Shown: positions 1-12,790, numbered from the stretch's first letter. The stretch is DNA of 64,000 bases from Octopus sinensis (GCF_006345805.1 NC_043006.1:90272001-90336000); one strand, 5' to 3'. Numbers and translations: made by a program. The notes: generated by a model from the sequence alone, not told the origin.

Positions 1-240
1 TGATGACCATCATTAAGAGACAAAGAGTAGCTGAGGAGAGTTTGGACCATTGAGAAAATAAAACTCAATTCCAAAATGTTCTTTTCATTTGCAATAAAAA
101 AATAAAGACGCTGTTTCCACTGTTGGTCCTCTGGTTGACTAGAACAACACTCTACATGATGGTGCAAAATCCATGTGCAAGATACTGCAGAGACATTACT
201 GCTCTGTCTTCTATATAAAGAGCTTGAGACAAACTCCTAC
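1..240 (+). mobile_element. CR1-like LINE fragment (region upstream of the RT core), degraded
   Basis: Translates to DAVSTVGPLVD*NNTLHDGAKSMCKILQRHYCSVF, which matches TTASPIGPLIDDNGISQHDAKEMAEILQKQYCSVF of the CR1 ORF at 52067-53797. Confidence 0.6.
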
Positions 241-356
241 AAGAAAAGCATGAACAAGTAGAAGATTCGAAAGGGATGCGATTCTGGGAATGAGGGACTG
301 AATACAGGGATTCAAAAGAGGCATGAACTAACTTTTAGGTGCGATCATCTGAATAA

Positions 357-472
<116 letters not shown>

Positions 473-629
473 CATCCACGCTGTTATCAAGAAAAACATA
501 TTTGTTAACACCAGGTATCTCTTTTGCACTTGTCCTTTTCCATGTATCTCAAAATACTATTGCACTTACATCAGAATTCTCACAAACTGATAAATTAATT
601 ACGAAGCACCCCTTTCTTTATTATTGCAG

Positions 630-772
630 GGGATAGCTGCAGGTTTTGGATTTAGCTTAACCAGCAAACACTGCCTGCCGTATACAACATACAAATGGAA
701 ACAGCTTTGATAATAATGATTCTGTCAGCAGCATGTTGTTCACAGTATTTCACAGCAGCTGCAGCCAACCGA
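630..772 (+). other. Candidate exon 1 of a putative plus-strand spliced transcript (ATG at 695)
   Basis: Acceptor ctttctttattattgcag| at 629 and donor |gtaagt at 773. Positions 695-772 encode METALIIMILSAACCSQYFTAAAANR, ending in phase 0. No homology recognised. Confidence 0.3.
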
Positions 773-1194
773 GTAAGTAATCATAGTCGTACACCCATTA
801 CTAGCACAAACAGTTATACTTATCACGTACAGGGGCACCTTGTGAAAAGAAAGAAAAACAAAAAAACTAAAAACGATTAACAATCTATTCTTACACACTC
901 TTTATCCTATTGTATTGCTATAACAGATTTAAAGAATTCTACACTCTCTAGAATTTAAGAATTTAAAACACACACACACACACACACAATATATATGTAT
1001 ATATATATATATATATACACATATATATATTTGCAGATGCACTCACACAAATATTTCTGCATCAATGCATGTATAGTTGTGTGTGTGTGTGTATGAGATG
1101 TCCTATTCTCTTACTTTTTGTGGTGTGGATGTCTAATGCACACACTTGAGTGTGTGCATGTGAAAGCATGCACACACATATGTGTATATCATCA

Positions 1195-1315
1195 TCATCA
1201 TCATCATTTAACATCCATTTTCCACGCTGGATGGGTTGGACAGTTTGACAAGAGCTGGCCACCAGCTGGAGTGCTGCATCAGGCTCCAATTGTCTGTCGG
1301 CTGTGGTTCCTGTGA
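1195..1315 (-). mobile_element. RTE-associated 3' tail repeat with (GAT)n end
   Basis: Reverse complement of the ccaacccat...gcatggaaa...gttaaatgatgatgat terminus also seen at 23280-23330. Confidence 0.75.
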
Positions 1316-1618
1316 CCCTTCCTAAGGCCAAATTAGATTTATGTCTTATTTTTGTTCAAAGTCTTTTGTTGTTGTTTTTCTTGCCTTGCATACCACAAAA
1401 ACAAAAACAAAAGGGGTCATGACTATTTTACTCCTTAAATAAAGCAACAGACTCTGATAAAAGAAAGTGATAAATACAAGGAGACTTGAAGAAGAAAGGG
1501 AAAATTAACAGAAACAATAGGAGATTTGCAGAAGCTTTCAGATAAGAAACACTTTTCCTGCAAATCTATTTTAATCCATTGAAGGTAATTCCTTCTACCA
1601 CTTGAAACTTTATTTTAG

Positions 1619-1681
1619 CGGTGGCCATACTATTTTACAAAATCTTCAGTCAGTAAAGCAGTGGAATCCGACATTTGTAAG
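1619..1681 (+). other. Candidate 63-nt exon
   Basis: Bounded by actttattttag| and |gtaaag; length is a multiple of 3. Phase 0 reads RWPYYFTKSSVSKAVESDICK. Confidence 0.3.
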
Positions 1682-1723
1682 GTAAAGTATATTATTTTTC
1701 CACTTAAATATTCATTGAGAAAT

Positions 1724-2545
1724 TATTGGGTTGTCTGGAAAGTTTGTGCTGATTTTTAAAGGAAAGAAAAAGATCAATAAATACTTGCCATTACATTTTT
1801 AATAAACCAAATATGAACCCTTTTGTTGCACAATGCATCTCCATCTTTCCTTTAACTTGAAAATAATCGCTTCCCAGAATTGAGGTGGTTTCATGGCAAA
1901 GAATTCATCAAGGTATCTTTTTATGTCATCCAAGGAATTGAAATTTTAACCATTAAGACTATTCTGCAGGGACATGAATAAGTGGAAATCCGAAGGAGCA
2001 ATATCAGGTGAATATGGAGGGTGGGAGTAACACATCCCAGCCGAGCTGCAGCAATTTTTATCTGGTTCCCAAAGAAACATGCAGTCTTGCATTATCATGT
2101 TGGAAAACAATACCCTTCATGTTGGTCAATTCTGGCCGTTTCTCTTGAATTGCTGCTTTTAACTCGCCCAGTTGTGTGCAGTATTTCTCAGAATTAATTG
2201 TCTGGTTACTTGGGAGAAGCTAATAGTACAGAATTCCTTTCCAATCCTACCTGACACAAAGCAAGACGTTTTTAGGGTGAAGACCCGCTTTTCGGGTGGC
2301 TATGGGTGACTCACGTCGCTTACTCCAAGATTGCTTTCTCTGAACATTTCAGTAGATAATCCATTTCTCATCACCCATCACAATTTGCTTTAAGAAAAGG
2401 CAAGTTTTCATTCCATTTATAAAGCGAATCACAGTTGGAAATGCAGTCCAAAAGGTTCTTCTCACTCAACTCATGTGGTAACCAAACATTGTAGCAATTT
2501 GTGTACCCAAGCTTTACCAGGTGCTCATGAACAATGGATTATGTG
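1724..2545 (-). mobile_element. Tc1/mariner (mariner) transposon relic: 3' half of transposase plus one TIR
   Basis: Minus-strand translation gives the mariner catalytic motifs GDEKW, FQHDNAR and YSPDIAPSDFHLF..LQNSL, with stops and frameshifts. A TA|TTGGGTTGTCTGGAAAG TIR-like end lies at 1724. The 5' part is lost at an RTE-tail insertion. Confidence 0.9.
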
Positions 2546-2748
2546 CCACATGACTAGCCCTTGTGCCGGTGGCACATAAAAGCACCCACTACACTCTTGG
2601 ACTGGCTGGCATTAGGAAAGGCATCCAGCTGTAGAAACACTGCCAGATCAAGACTGGAGCCTGGTGCAGCCATCTGGTTCACCAGTCCTCAGTCAAATCA
2701 TCCAACCCATGCTAGCATGGAAAGCGGACGTTGAACGATGATGATGAA
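2545..2748 (+). mobile_element. RTE-associated 3' tail repeat
   Basis: ggtggcacataaaagcacccactacactc...ggcattaggaaaggcatccagctgtagaaac...ccaacccatgctagcatgg...gatgatgatga. Confidence 0.8.
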
Positions 2749-3284
2749 GATATATATAAATATATATATATAAAACATATATATATATATATATATATAT
2801 ATAACACACACACATACACACACATGCGCACGCACACACACACACACACATATATACGTGGATATATGCAACAGTATATAAAGAATTATTTATAAGTACT
2901 GATGATCATCATGTGTATGTATGTATTGATGTACATCTTGTATGTATCATAAGAATAATGGAATAAAATAAGAGGAAAAGTAATTTTTATTATATGCATG
3001 ATACCAAAACAATTCTTTATTATGCATATAATATTCATTAATTATTGCTAAAAATATTTCAAATTTGAGAATAATATAATTAGAAAATAATCAATATCCA
3101 GTTTGTTATAGCAAACGTTTGTATGAAGCTTTTATTCAAACAATTTACTATTTTTGAAAAAAAAAATAGAAAAAAAAAACATCAATTTTTATGCACAACC
3201 TGAACGTGTAAGGCAAGGGGTTTACTTGGATTTCAATTTTTCTATTCTTCTGCATTGCAACTGCATTTTGTTTGTGCACATTTT

Positions 3285-3870
3285 ATTCAACAAATAACCA
3301 AATAAGAACGAGCCGAGCAAAATTTCTTAAAGAAAAGCAACAAGAATATGAGAGCAAGGAAGGAGACAGAGAATGAACGAAAGTGAAAAGAAAAATCGAA
3401 GAAAAATAGATGCAGCTGAATGGAGCTGCCGAAATAACTTTATTTTGGCTGAAAATACTGGAAACACAGAGCCATCCTGTTTCAGGCTCATTTCTCATAA
3501 ACAGTAAGAGCATATTCTCAAGATGTTGGGCAACATAGACCAAGCACAAGAACAGCTTTCTCAAGAGCAGCATAAATGCATTCAAAATGCCAAATGGCAC
3601 AGAGTAACATGACACTAATTTTCTTGACATAAGATGCTGATCAGCAATTGTCAATCATACGAGCAACATTCTTTAGAATAATGACAACAAATTATACCTG
3701 AAGACTGAAATTAATCATGAAAACAGGCAAAGAAGGATGTTGGATGTTGCAAGACAGTACAACATAGACTCAATGTTAAAAACAACAGCCAATGTCACCC
3801 TTCGTAGGTGTAGCTAAATGAATGTCGAGTGCTATCATTGTGATGCACTAATGTTCATAGCAGAGCATGC
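3285..3870 (+). mobile_element. Possible Helitron Rep N-terminal relic
   Basis: An R/E/Q-rich degenerate frame is followed by MNVECYHCDALMFIAE, resembling the Helitron GxMxxxCxxCxAxxFxxE zinc-binding motif. No Rep or helicase core is present. Confidence 0.4.
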
Positions 3871-4019
3871 TGGAGGCAGAGAGGATTTGGATGAATGGAT
3901 GGATGGAGGAAGGGTCTCTCCCTCTTTCTCTCACTCCCTTTATAAATGTCATTTAAAGAACAAAATGGTCAAATATGCATCTCTGTTTTCTTGTCTCATT
4001 CTTTTTCTTTAAACTACAC

Positions 4020-4233
4020 TGTGGAAGGATTCTGACCAGTCCCAAGTGACCAAAGGTGGAGTGACTCATTGTTATAAATGAAAGAACTGTGAGCGATTGG
4101 TAGTTCATATTGGTAGACGTTCATAGTGAGCCTTTGATATAGAGCACTGAGTCTCATGTAAGAGTAATAGTAGTGTGCCGTGTATATACTTTCTTCCCTG
4201 CTGCTTTGTTATACATCCATTCCAAGGATATAA
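4020..4233 (+). repeat. 5' LTR of the Gypsy element
   Basis: TGTGGAAGGATTCTGACC...CCAAGGATAT aligns with 6326-6531. Confidence 0.85.
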
Positions 4234-4329
4234 AAGAGGCGACGAGTAGTTTGAAGCTTGCGTTGGACAGTTAAAAATTTTTTGTTGGTATGAAACCAAG
4301 AAAAAAATTGTTTTAACAAATCATTGACA

Positions 4330-5830
4330 GAAATGGATGTCAATCAGGCCTGTCGAGGGTAGATACAATTAAAAATATGCCACCCCTGACCAATATAGTG
4401 ACCTTACAAGCATTTTTAGGACTGGCAAATTATTACCAAAATTATATTCCAAATATGCATAAGGTGAGGTTTCCACTGAATAATCTGCTGAGAAAAGACA
4501 TGAAATGGAATTGGTTGGAAAATTGTAAAAAGGCATTTGACAAAAGAAAAAAAAAATTAATATCTGATTTGTCATTATCACACTTCAATCCTGCCACGGA
4601 GATTGTTGTAGCTTCAGACACTTATGAGAATGGTATAGGAGCAGTAATGCTGCATGAATATGAAGATGGTAACATGAGGGAAATGGTTCATGCCTCAGGC
4701 TCTCTTATATCAGCAGAGAAGAATTATAGTCAAATCAAAAAAAATAAAAAGCTTTAGCAATTATTTTTGCCATGAAGAAATTTCGCAGATTTTTACAAGG
4801 TAGAAGTTTGCATCTAAAAACTGATCACCATCCATTATTATCAATATTTGGATAAAAATAATGGAATTCCTACCCATGCTGCTAACAAGTTACAATGCTG
4901 GGCTATGATATTATCAAACTATGATTTCCAAATGGAGAAGAAACCATCCAAGAAATTAGGTCATGAGGATTGTCTATCAAGACTGATTTCAAAAAATGCA
5001 GAATCATTTGAAGATATTTTGTGTGCAGAAAATGAAATTAATGTGTTTTGTGTAACATCATTTGTGTTTATGTCTTTACAGAATGTTAAATTGAAATCGG
5101 AAAAACAATAAATTTATTAAAAAAATGAAAGAAATACTGAAGGCTAAAAGAGATAAAAACAGGCGCAACAACACAGAGGCAAACCATTTGTCAGTGTGTG
5201 ACAATGTGTTGATGTCTGCACAAAGAGGCGTAGTGCCAGCCACACTACAAAAGTGATTATTTAAGGAATTTCATATTGGTCACCCAGGAATTTTGAGAAT
5301 GAAATCATTAATGGGAAGTTACGTATTTTGGCCAACAATGGACTGTGACATTGAAGAATCTGTGAAATGATGCAGAGGAGGAATCTTAGCTGCAAAATCA
5401 CCAGTAAATGGCAACCATGGCCAAAAACAGATGTTCCATGGGCCAGACTGCATATTGATTATGCAGGCTTACTTAAGAGTTCATAATACCTTATCATGGT
5501 GGATCGTTTCTCAAAGTGGCTGGAAGTGCATAAATGTAAAAAAGCCAATATCTGCAGTTGCAATAAGCTTTTTACATGAATTGTTCACTAGGGATGGGCA
5601 TTTCGGATTGTGTCAGATGATGGAAGTCAGTCTACATCAGATGAGTTCAGGAAATTTTGCAAATTGTTTGCCATTGAACATGTCACCACTGCGCACTATC
5701 AGCTAGGTGAGATGGACAAGTGGAGTGTTTTGTTGACACTTTTCAAGAGGGCATTGAAAAAGGCAAACAAGGAAGTGATGGATGATTTTTGCACTTCAAC
5801 AATTTCTAAGAGTGTGCCAAGTAACATCTA
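4330..5830 (+). pseudogene. Gypsy pol remnant (RT C-terminus, RNase H, integrase)
   Basis: AFLGLANYY, VASDTYENGIGAV, AEKNYSQI, KTDHHPL, NKLQCWAMILSNYDF, HIGHPG, RLHIDYAG and VDRFSKWLEV, with many stops and frameshifts. Confidence 0.9.
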
Positions 5831-6325
5831 ATCTGAATACACTATGGGTGGGGGGAGAATGTTACCCACAGAACTGAGGTTTGCTAGAATGATTAGATTT
5901 GTTTTTGATAAGCTGATACCAAGTGAAAATATAAAAAAGGTGAACAACAAAAATTCTTCAAATTAGATGACAAATTTTTTTTTAAAGATATAGATATGGT
6001 AAAGAAAGCTGGGAGGACGGTGTAATAATTAAACAAATTGGAAGTATGATATTCCTGGTAAAAGGAAAAAATATTGAGTACAAAAGACATATTAACAAGC
6101 TTAAGGAAAAGTTCACAGACAAAACAGTCATGAGAAATGAAATCCCTATTCACATTTAGGTAGCAACACCCAAACAATTTGAAACTATATATTCTAGCAC
6201 CAGAAAATGGAAAAGAATGGAAACACTGGAATTGAACCTTAAACATAAGAGATATTAAAACTTGAAATGGAGTTCAATTCTCAAAAGGAGTGAAGATAGG
6301 GGAAACTGATTCTAAAAAGGGGACA

Positions 6326-6531
6326 TGTTGTGGAAGGATTCAGACCACCCGACAAGTGACTAAAGGTGAACTGACTCTTAAAGAACTGCGAGCGATTGGC
6401 AGTTTGTGTTGGTAGAAGTTCACTGTGAGCCTTTGATATGGAGTGTTGAGTCTTGTATAAGCGTAATAGTCATGTATATACTTCCTTCTCCCCTGCTTTG
6501 TTATATTATATATCCAATCCAAGGATATGAA
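6326..6531 (+). repeat. 3' LTR of the Gypsy element
   Basis: Begins TGTTGTGGAAGG immediately after the polypurine tract. Confidence 0.85.
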
Positions 6532-6961
6532 AAGCTAATATCTTGAAAGAAAACTATTGTCACAATTAATGCCTGTTCTGTATTTTAAGAAAGAAAGCAA
6601 TTTGCTGCAACCTGTTTAAGAGTCGCTTCATTTCACAACTTGCTGCACCATTCCTTTCCTATTAGCAATGTATTGCTTTTCATTTCATTTGCATTATGTA
6701 AATGCCTAAAGATGCCCAAGACATTCAGACAGGTCTGTTTTTACTTCACTGCTTTCTGCAGTATTGTGAGTTTTATGGTTTCATGTGCTGCTTGGCTGAA
6801 TGCCAAAAACACCCTCTCTGGATCAGGGGCAATTTCCTTTCCCAAACAGAAAGTTGAAGTCTGCATTCTGAGCTTATGTAATGTGTCAATTTTTTTAAAT
6901 TTTTAGTATTGCTGTGAGCTACATGCACATATTTTCATATGTATGTAAGACAGTTAGTAAG

Positions 6962-6984
<23 letters not shown>

Positions 6985-6992
<8 letters not shown>

Positions 6993-7190
6993 GGAATTTA
7001 CAAAAAAAAAGACAATAAAACAAAATACAAAGTTGGATGTGTAAACAACAAAACAGATGTATTAGTTTAACACTTGGGAAGTGAGAAAGTCTTTTACGTT
7101 TTGAGCCTTGGCTCTTCGCCAGAAAGGGACACAGAAATAAAATGAGAAAGAAAATTTTAAAAAAAGGTTTAGTGGCTAGCAATCAATCAT
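6985..7190 (-). mobile_element. ~200-bp Penelope-like (PLE) terminal fragment, same family as 12808-13005
   Basis: Shares acagatgtattagt...aaagtcttttacgtt..gagcc...gctcttc...agaaagggacacagaaa with 12808-13005. Abuts (TA)n and carries a degenerate HHR. Confidence 0.65.
7091..7128 (-). ncRNA. Degenerate minimal hammerhead ribozyme
   Basis: Minus strand reads CTTT-CTGGCGA-A-GAGC-caag-GCTC-AAAAC-GTA-AAAG. Stems are intact but there are two core substitutions. Confidence 0.5.
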
Positions 7191-7658
7191 GATGAATATG
7201 TATGTGTGTGTGTTTGAATGTATATATATGTAAAGTGATGATGCTATAAAAGATATATGTATGCTTATATCTACCAACCTATGTATGTATCTATATCTAT
7301 CCATCTATCTATAGAAGACAGACAGACAGACAGACAGATAGATAGATAGATATATGTATACATATACATATATCTATTTCATCATAATCATTTGAATGTC
7401 CACTTTTACATGGGTACACATACGTCAGACAGAATTTTTGAGGCAAATTCTCTATGACCAGATTCCCTTCCTATTGCTTACTTCCAAATAAGTAGGCAAA
7501 GGTTTTCCCTAAACTTGTCAATTAATTTTCAAAGATTAATTAGCAATTCCTTTAAATCATTTGGAGGAATGAAGGGAAACATCAGAACAGGAAGCAGAGA
7601 AGGAAGAGTGATGTCACATCAAGAAGCAGGGCATTTGAACATCCACTTTCTTCATCAG

Positions 7659-7797
7659 GATGTTGAAGGGAACAAACATGCAGAAGACTCCTCTTAGGGC
7701 CAGAGGTTGGGGTAGTGTACACGTGGGGGAACAACTGTGGTGTTCTGATGATTCTTGTGATGAGAAGCTGGATACTCTGTTACGATTTCATCCTGAG
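7659..7797 (+). other. Candidate exon
   Basis: Bounded by ccactttcttcatcag| and GAG|gtaaga. One frame is open throughout (MLKGTNMQKTPLRARGWGSVHVGEQLWCSDDSCDEKLDTLLRFHPE); phase 0 gives DVEGNKHAEDSS*. Confidence 0.3.
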
Positions 7798-10744
7798 GTA
7801 AGAATGTCCTTATTTTTTGCCTTCCTCCAACAAATTGTCTCCCATTTTTTTTTCAGCATCATTAATAATTACAATTCAGGACATCACTCTTTAACCTAAT
7901 TATTTAAATGTCCACCATTTGAGTTATTTCCATTATCTAATTTATAATCTTGAGTTGTTTGAATAACACAACATTAGAGCTCATCAAAATACAAACAGCT
8001 GATCCCTTAGAATAGTTTTTTGAACCCTTACAGGGAAATTGGGATCTAGCTATATCTGATCTGAGTGTAGTATTAGTTAAGAAGATGTCTGCAGTTTTGT
8101 AGTTGTAGCCTACAAAATTAGTCTCTTCTGCTACAAAACACAAACGTGGACAAGAGACAACATTAAACTAGAAGAGTGTAAGTCATCTTAAACATGTTCA
8201 CACAATTTGGTGCAAATCCACAAATTCAAGAAATAAAATACACAAGGGACACATGGAATGCACAAAAGAGGGGAGAAAGAGAGAGAGATGGAAAGGGAGA
8301 GGGAGAGAAATGAGAGAAAAGAGAGGTAACAGAGAGACAGACAGAGAGAGAAAGAGATGAGGAGAGATGAGAGAGAAATGGGGAGAAAGAAAATTTTTCC
8401 TTTTTCTTCTAATAGGGAGACAAACTAATGGGAATATGTATAAATATATTTTATTTTATTTTACTTTTTATTGATTTTTTTTTTCCAAAAAGCAGTCTCT
8501 CAAATGAAACATGTGAATTTGGCAGTGAATAGATATTAATTTCCATAAGAAGACAATTGACAAAATGCTGCTGAGTTCCACGCTTAAAATGCATTCTCAG
8601 TATATCTGATAATTAGAGTTGTTTCAAATTTGAATAACTCGGCAAGAATTTCAATCAGTGAGTGTAACTAATACAGATGGTTACAAGAGTAAATTGGTTA
8701 GGACTAATGTTCCAACTGATTTACATAAAATAAACATTAACAAGATGTAATGTAGTTGAATTAAACTTTAAAAATCTTTAGTGGACCAAATGCCATTTAA
8801 CACTAATTTGCATGGATAAGAAAATGAAAAAAGAAAATTTCTAAAATGGAACTTTGTAAATGCAGTGAAAAATATTTCTTTTAAGTATTTCCATCTGATA
8901 GGATTAAGGGTTACCTCAAATCAATGGCCGATGCATAGCAGAAAGACAAATTAGTTGAGTGAATAAACACTGAAAATGGACGCAAGTTTTCGTTTTTGAA
9001 AAGAGACTAATTTATTATGGCATAGAATTATATTAACATTTTCTTTACAAACAAAGCTGTGAATGGTCACATTGTTCCTCTGCTAATGTTTGTAACTAAC
9101 CACTAATGGGACAATACAGAAGCAGCTTGGTAATTCAATAGGGACCTGATATACTAAACAGAAGATTTAGCAGTTCGCATTATTTAATATCTGTTATATG
9201 CAACAGAAGTAGTATTAGATTACAATAGCCATCTGTTTAACATACTCAATGTAGATACATCAAAAATACACCAATTAAGTGCAGCATTCATCAGCAGATA
9301 ATCTCTTATGGTGTTTTAAAACCACAAATATTTATCAGTAACAAAAAAAAATCATTCAACAGTGGTGAATACCACAATTAGTTTGTCTAATTAACTAACG
9401 ATATATATCAGCATTAAGTGTGATAGGCAGACGGCTATTATTTAATGTGTCATAACTTGAGGAAAAGTAATGTTGTTCTTCATGGTATTATTCATGCAGG
9501 TACAGCAACATGTTTAAGAAGTTTGTTTCGCAACCCTATAGCTTTAGGGAGCTTATACAAAGCATCTTGAATGTGAATCATTGGTGACATCTTCATCCTC
9601 ATTGTCAGGTTCACTTTTTAATGCTCACATCAGTGAGACAGAGTTTGTCGAGGCAGATTTTCTACAGCCGGACCTTATCTTGCAGTTTATTGAAAATGAA
9701 TGATGCTGCTATGGGAACGACATTCATTTACAACTGTCATGTGATGGGAAACACAAACACAAACACATCATCATCATCATCATCATCATGCCCCACCCCC
9801 AGGCTTTTCTATGATTGTATGGCTCAGATGAAATTTATGGAGGCAGACTTTCTACAGCCACATGGTTTTCCAATCAACAACCTTCACCTATTCTCAAGTA
9901 AAGTAGTTCTTCTCCTTGGCTGAACAGGTTTACCAAAAAAGAGTGCTTGTATGTGAGTAATGTTCATTTCTAACCATTGCATTATGTTCAGACAAGGGAG
10001 ATTCTTGCCTAAGGTACCATGCAAAGGGACTGAACCTGTAAGCATGTGGTTGGAAAGCAAACCTCTTAACTACACAGCCACATCTTTGCAGCCTATAATT
10101 AATTTATAAGTCATGCATTATTTTTATCTTATAATAGCTGAGACTATGGACATTATCAGCCATCTTGTTCTTGGTCTGGTGCCATCTGGCTCAGTTTCCA
10201 TTTTATAATCCTTTCCTAGAACATTCTAATCAAATTTCCACAGTACAACTATTATGACCTCTTGATATGGAAAAACAGCATCTCCAAACTGTGCACTCTG
10301 TTGAATAATGTTATTCCAGAGATTCTTTGGAAGAACGCCCCCCCCCCCCAGTTTCGGCTTTTTGTATTCAGATCATGCAAGTAAAAAACATTGAAGGAAG
10401 ACACAAATCTGAATGGTTCTCTTTTAATCAAAGACTTCTTCACAAATTCACATGATTAAGGTTATATTTCTTTGGTTTTAGCTTTTCTTGCCATTGCATC
10501 AAGTTGAAGAATTTTTCACAAGCATTACTGTATTCAGAAAGTAAATTCCTAAACAGAATTGCTCAAGTACACCATTCACACCAAGTGTATGGGTATGGTG
10601 AAGGTATGGGTATGACTGAGCAGCTAAGGCATACATTATAAGAAATGGTGTTTCAATTTTAACCCTAATTCCTGACATCTTGAGCTAGTGTCTTCAAGTT
10701 TATCTTCAGATGACCAATAGATTCTGAGTGGAAAGCTGTGAGGA

Positions 10745-10985
10745 AGCCCATTGTATGTGTATGCACTCATGCCAGTGCTGTGCAGATACAACTGTGCCAG
10801 TGACATGTATAATGCACTCAGCCCACTCTGTGGGATGGTTGGCATTAGGAAGGGTATCCAGCTGTAGAAACCATGGCACAACAGACAATTGGAGTTGGGA
10901 CAGATACTCCAGCTGGCCAGTTACCTGTCAAACCATCCAACCCATGCCAGCATGGAAAACAAACGTCAAACAATTATGATGATGA
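10745..10985 (+). mobile_element. RTE-associated 3' tail repeat
   Basis: ggcattaggaagggtatccagctgtagaaac...ccaacccatgccagcatggaaaac...gatgatgat. Confidence 0.75.
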
Positions 10986-11448
10986 TCACACACACACTAT
11001 CCCCTCTCTTATCTTGTGCACCCTGGCTCTCTTGAGGTACATACCTAAAGTCCTGCGTGTACCCCACACATTCTACATATACTCCCAGCTCTGACCATTT
11101 GGCATCAACATTACCCATTCACTTTAACCATTTGTTTTCTGCCAGCCGCTCAAATCTAATGTCTCTTGTGCTGGTATCACAATAAGGTGTACCAAGCAAA
11201 CTCTGTTAAGCTTCTGGTTGGAAAGATCCTTGAGTCTTGTCACCAGGACAATCTCTCAAGTGGTGGTCTCAAGAAGAAGTATATTCTGTACACTTGGTGT
11301 TAGGGAGGGCTTCTAGTCATCGAACCATGCCAAAATTGAAATCAAACTTAGGAGCAAGATGTGGTCCCTCAACCCATCTAGATGTGTAGCAATGACACAT
11401 CCAACCCAAGCCAGCATGAAAAGAATATGCATCTGTGTGTGTGTGCAT

Positions 11449-11479
<31 letters not shown>

Positions 11480-11974
11480 CATGAGTGTATCTTATACTGG
11501 TATACATCAGTGAATAAGCAAAACTACCAGAAAACAAGAGAGAAAGAAGGGGGCAGTCAAGTTGGACACTTCTGGAGGAGTAAGGAGAAAAGGGTTGAGT
11601 GACTCCATACTTTGGATACCCCAAAATGGCACTGATCACACTGCAGAAGATATGAATCTATCAGTTCTCAGAGGTCACTGAGAGCAAATATCCCAAAGCA
11701 TAGAAGACAGAAATGGGCTGAGGATTGAGTATAGAAATCTAAATAAGCAATCCACCGATGGTTGTATTTTCATATACTGGATCAACTGGGTCTAAGCCTT
11801 GATAAAACATTGGGCTTTAAACTCAAATAATCTTCAAAGCAGGACAATACATTTAATAATAATAATAATAGTAATAGTAATAAAAATTAACAACAAAAAA
11901 TAAGACCGCGATATCAGATAAGAAGAGGATTATTTATATATGTTATAAATTAGAACAAACAGTAAAAGGCTATC

Positions 11975-12040
11975 ATTATAGGACTCAAAGTTTTGAATGT
12001 TGGAGTGAAGAGCTACAATACATTCTCGTCAGCTATCAAT
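11975..12040 (-). ncRNA. Hammerhead ribozyme motif (one core substitution) in an AT-rich PLE-like fragment (~11880-12160)
   Basis: Minus strand reads ATTGATAG-CTGACGA-GAATG-(21 nt)-CATTC-AAAAC-TTTGA-GTC-CTATAAT. Stem I is 7 bp with one bulge, stem II is 5 bp, the cleavage triplet is GUC, and G12 is changed to A. Confidence 0.65.
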
Positions 12041-12257
12041 GGCAATAGATGCTATGGAAAACCATTGAATAAAAGGGAAGTTACTCTAATAGGTAGAAAA
12101 AGAAAAAGATAAAAAATACACACAACCATATTCTCACAGCACATAGACATAAACCTCCTGCATTCACAACGTCTATATATGTACACACACAAACATGTAT
12201 ATGTACATGCACACACAAACATATATGTATGTACGTACTCATACATACACATATATC

Positions 12258-12294
<37 letters not shown>

Positions 12295-12396
12295 GTATAC
12301 ACAACCTCATCCTCATATACACATAGGTGCTTACATGCATACACGTAACATAATACATATTTAGATATTTATATATATATATATATATAAATATAT

Positions 12397-12790
12397 CATC
12401 ATCGTTTAACATCTGCTTTCCATGCTAGCATGGGTTGGACGGTTCAACTAGGGTCTGATCTGGCAATGTTTCTACAGCTGGATGACCTTCCTAACGCCAA
12501 CCACTCCGTGAGTGTAGTGGGTGCTTTTTACGTGCCACCAGCACAGGTGCCAGACAAGGCTGGCAAACAGCCAAGATCGGATGGTGCTTTTTACGTGCCA
12601 CTAGCACGGAGGCCAGACGAGGCTGGTAATGGCCACAATCGGATGGTGCTTTTTACGTGCCACCGGCACGGAGGCCAGTTGGGGCGGCGCTGGCAACAGC
12701 CATGTTCAGATGGTTCTCTTACATGCCACCGGCACTGGTATCACAACTACAATTTCCATTGATGTAGATCGATTTCGATTTTGATTTTGA
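12397..12790 (-). mobile_element. RTE-associated 3' tail repeat with ~62-bp internal subrepeats
   Basis: Three clear copies and a fourth diverged copy of ggtgctttttacgtgccac; (ATC)n at the low end. Confidence 0.8.

Larger units (their letters stand above)
4020..6531 (+). mobile_element. Ty3/Gypsy LTR retrotransposon, internally deleted (gag, protease and most of RT missing), old
   Basis: Two related ~210-bp direct repeats (4020-4233 and 6326-6531), a PBS-like AGGCGACGAG at ~4237-4246 and a PPT aaaaagggga at 6314-6323. Internal remnants of RT C-terminus, RNase H and integrase. Confidence 0.92.

Noticed and set aside
800-870. Minus-strand terminal exon after a strong acceptor (GAPVRDKYNCLC*, CxC-like end)
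   Set aside because: I found no upstream minus-strand exon to support it, and the A-rich tract alone can mimic an acceptor.
7600-7660. CTGATGA motifs near 7653 (-), 9290 (-), 55295 (+) and 57858 (+)
   Set aside because: There is no GAAA after a closing stem II and no stem I partner, so they are not hammerheads.
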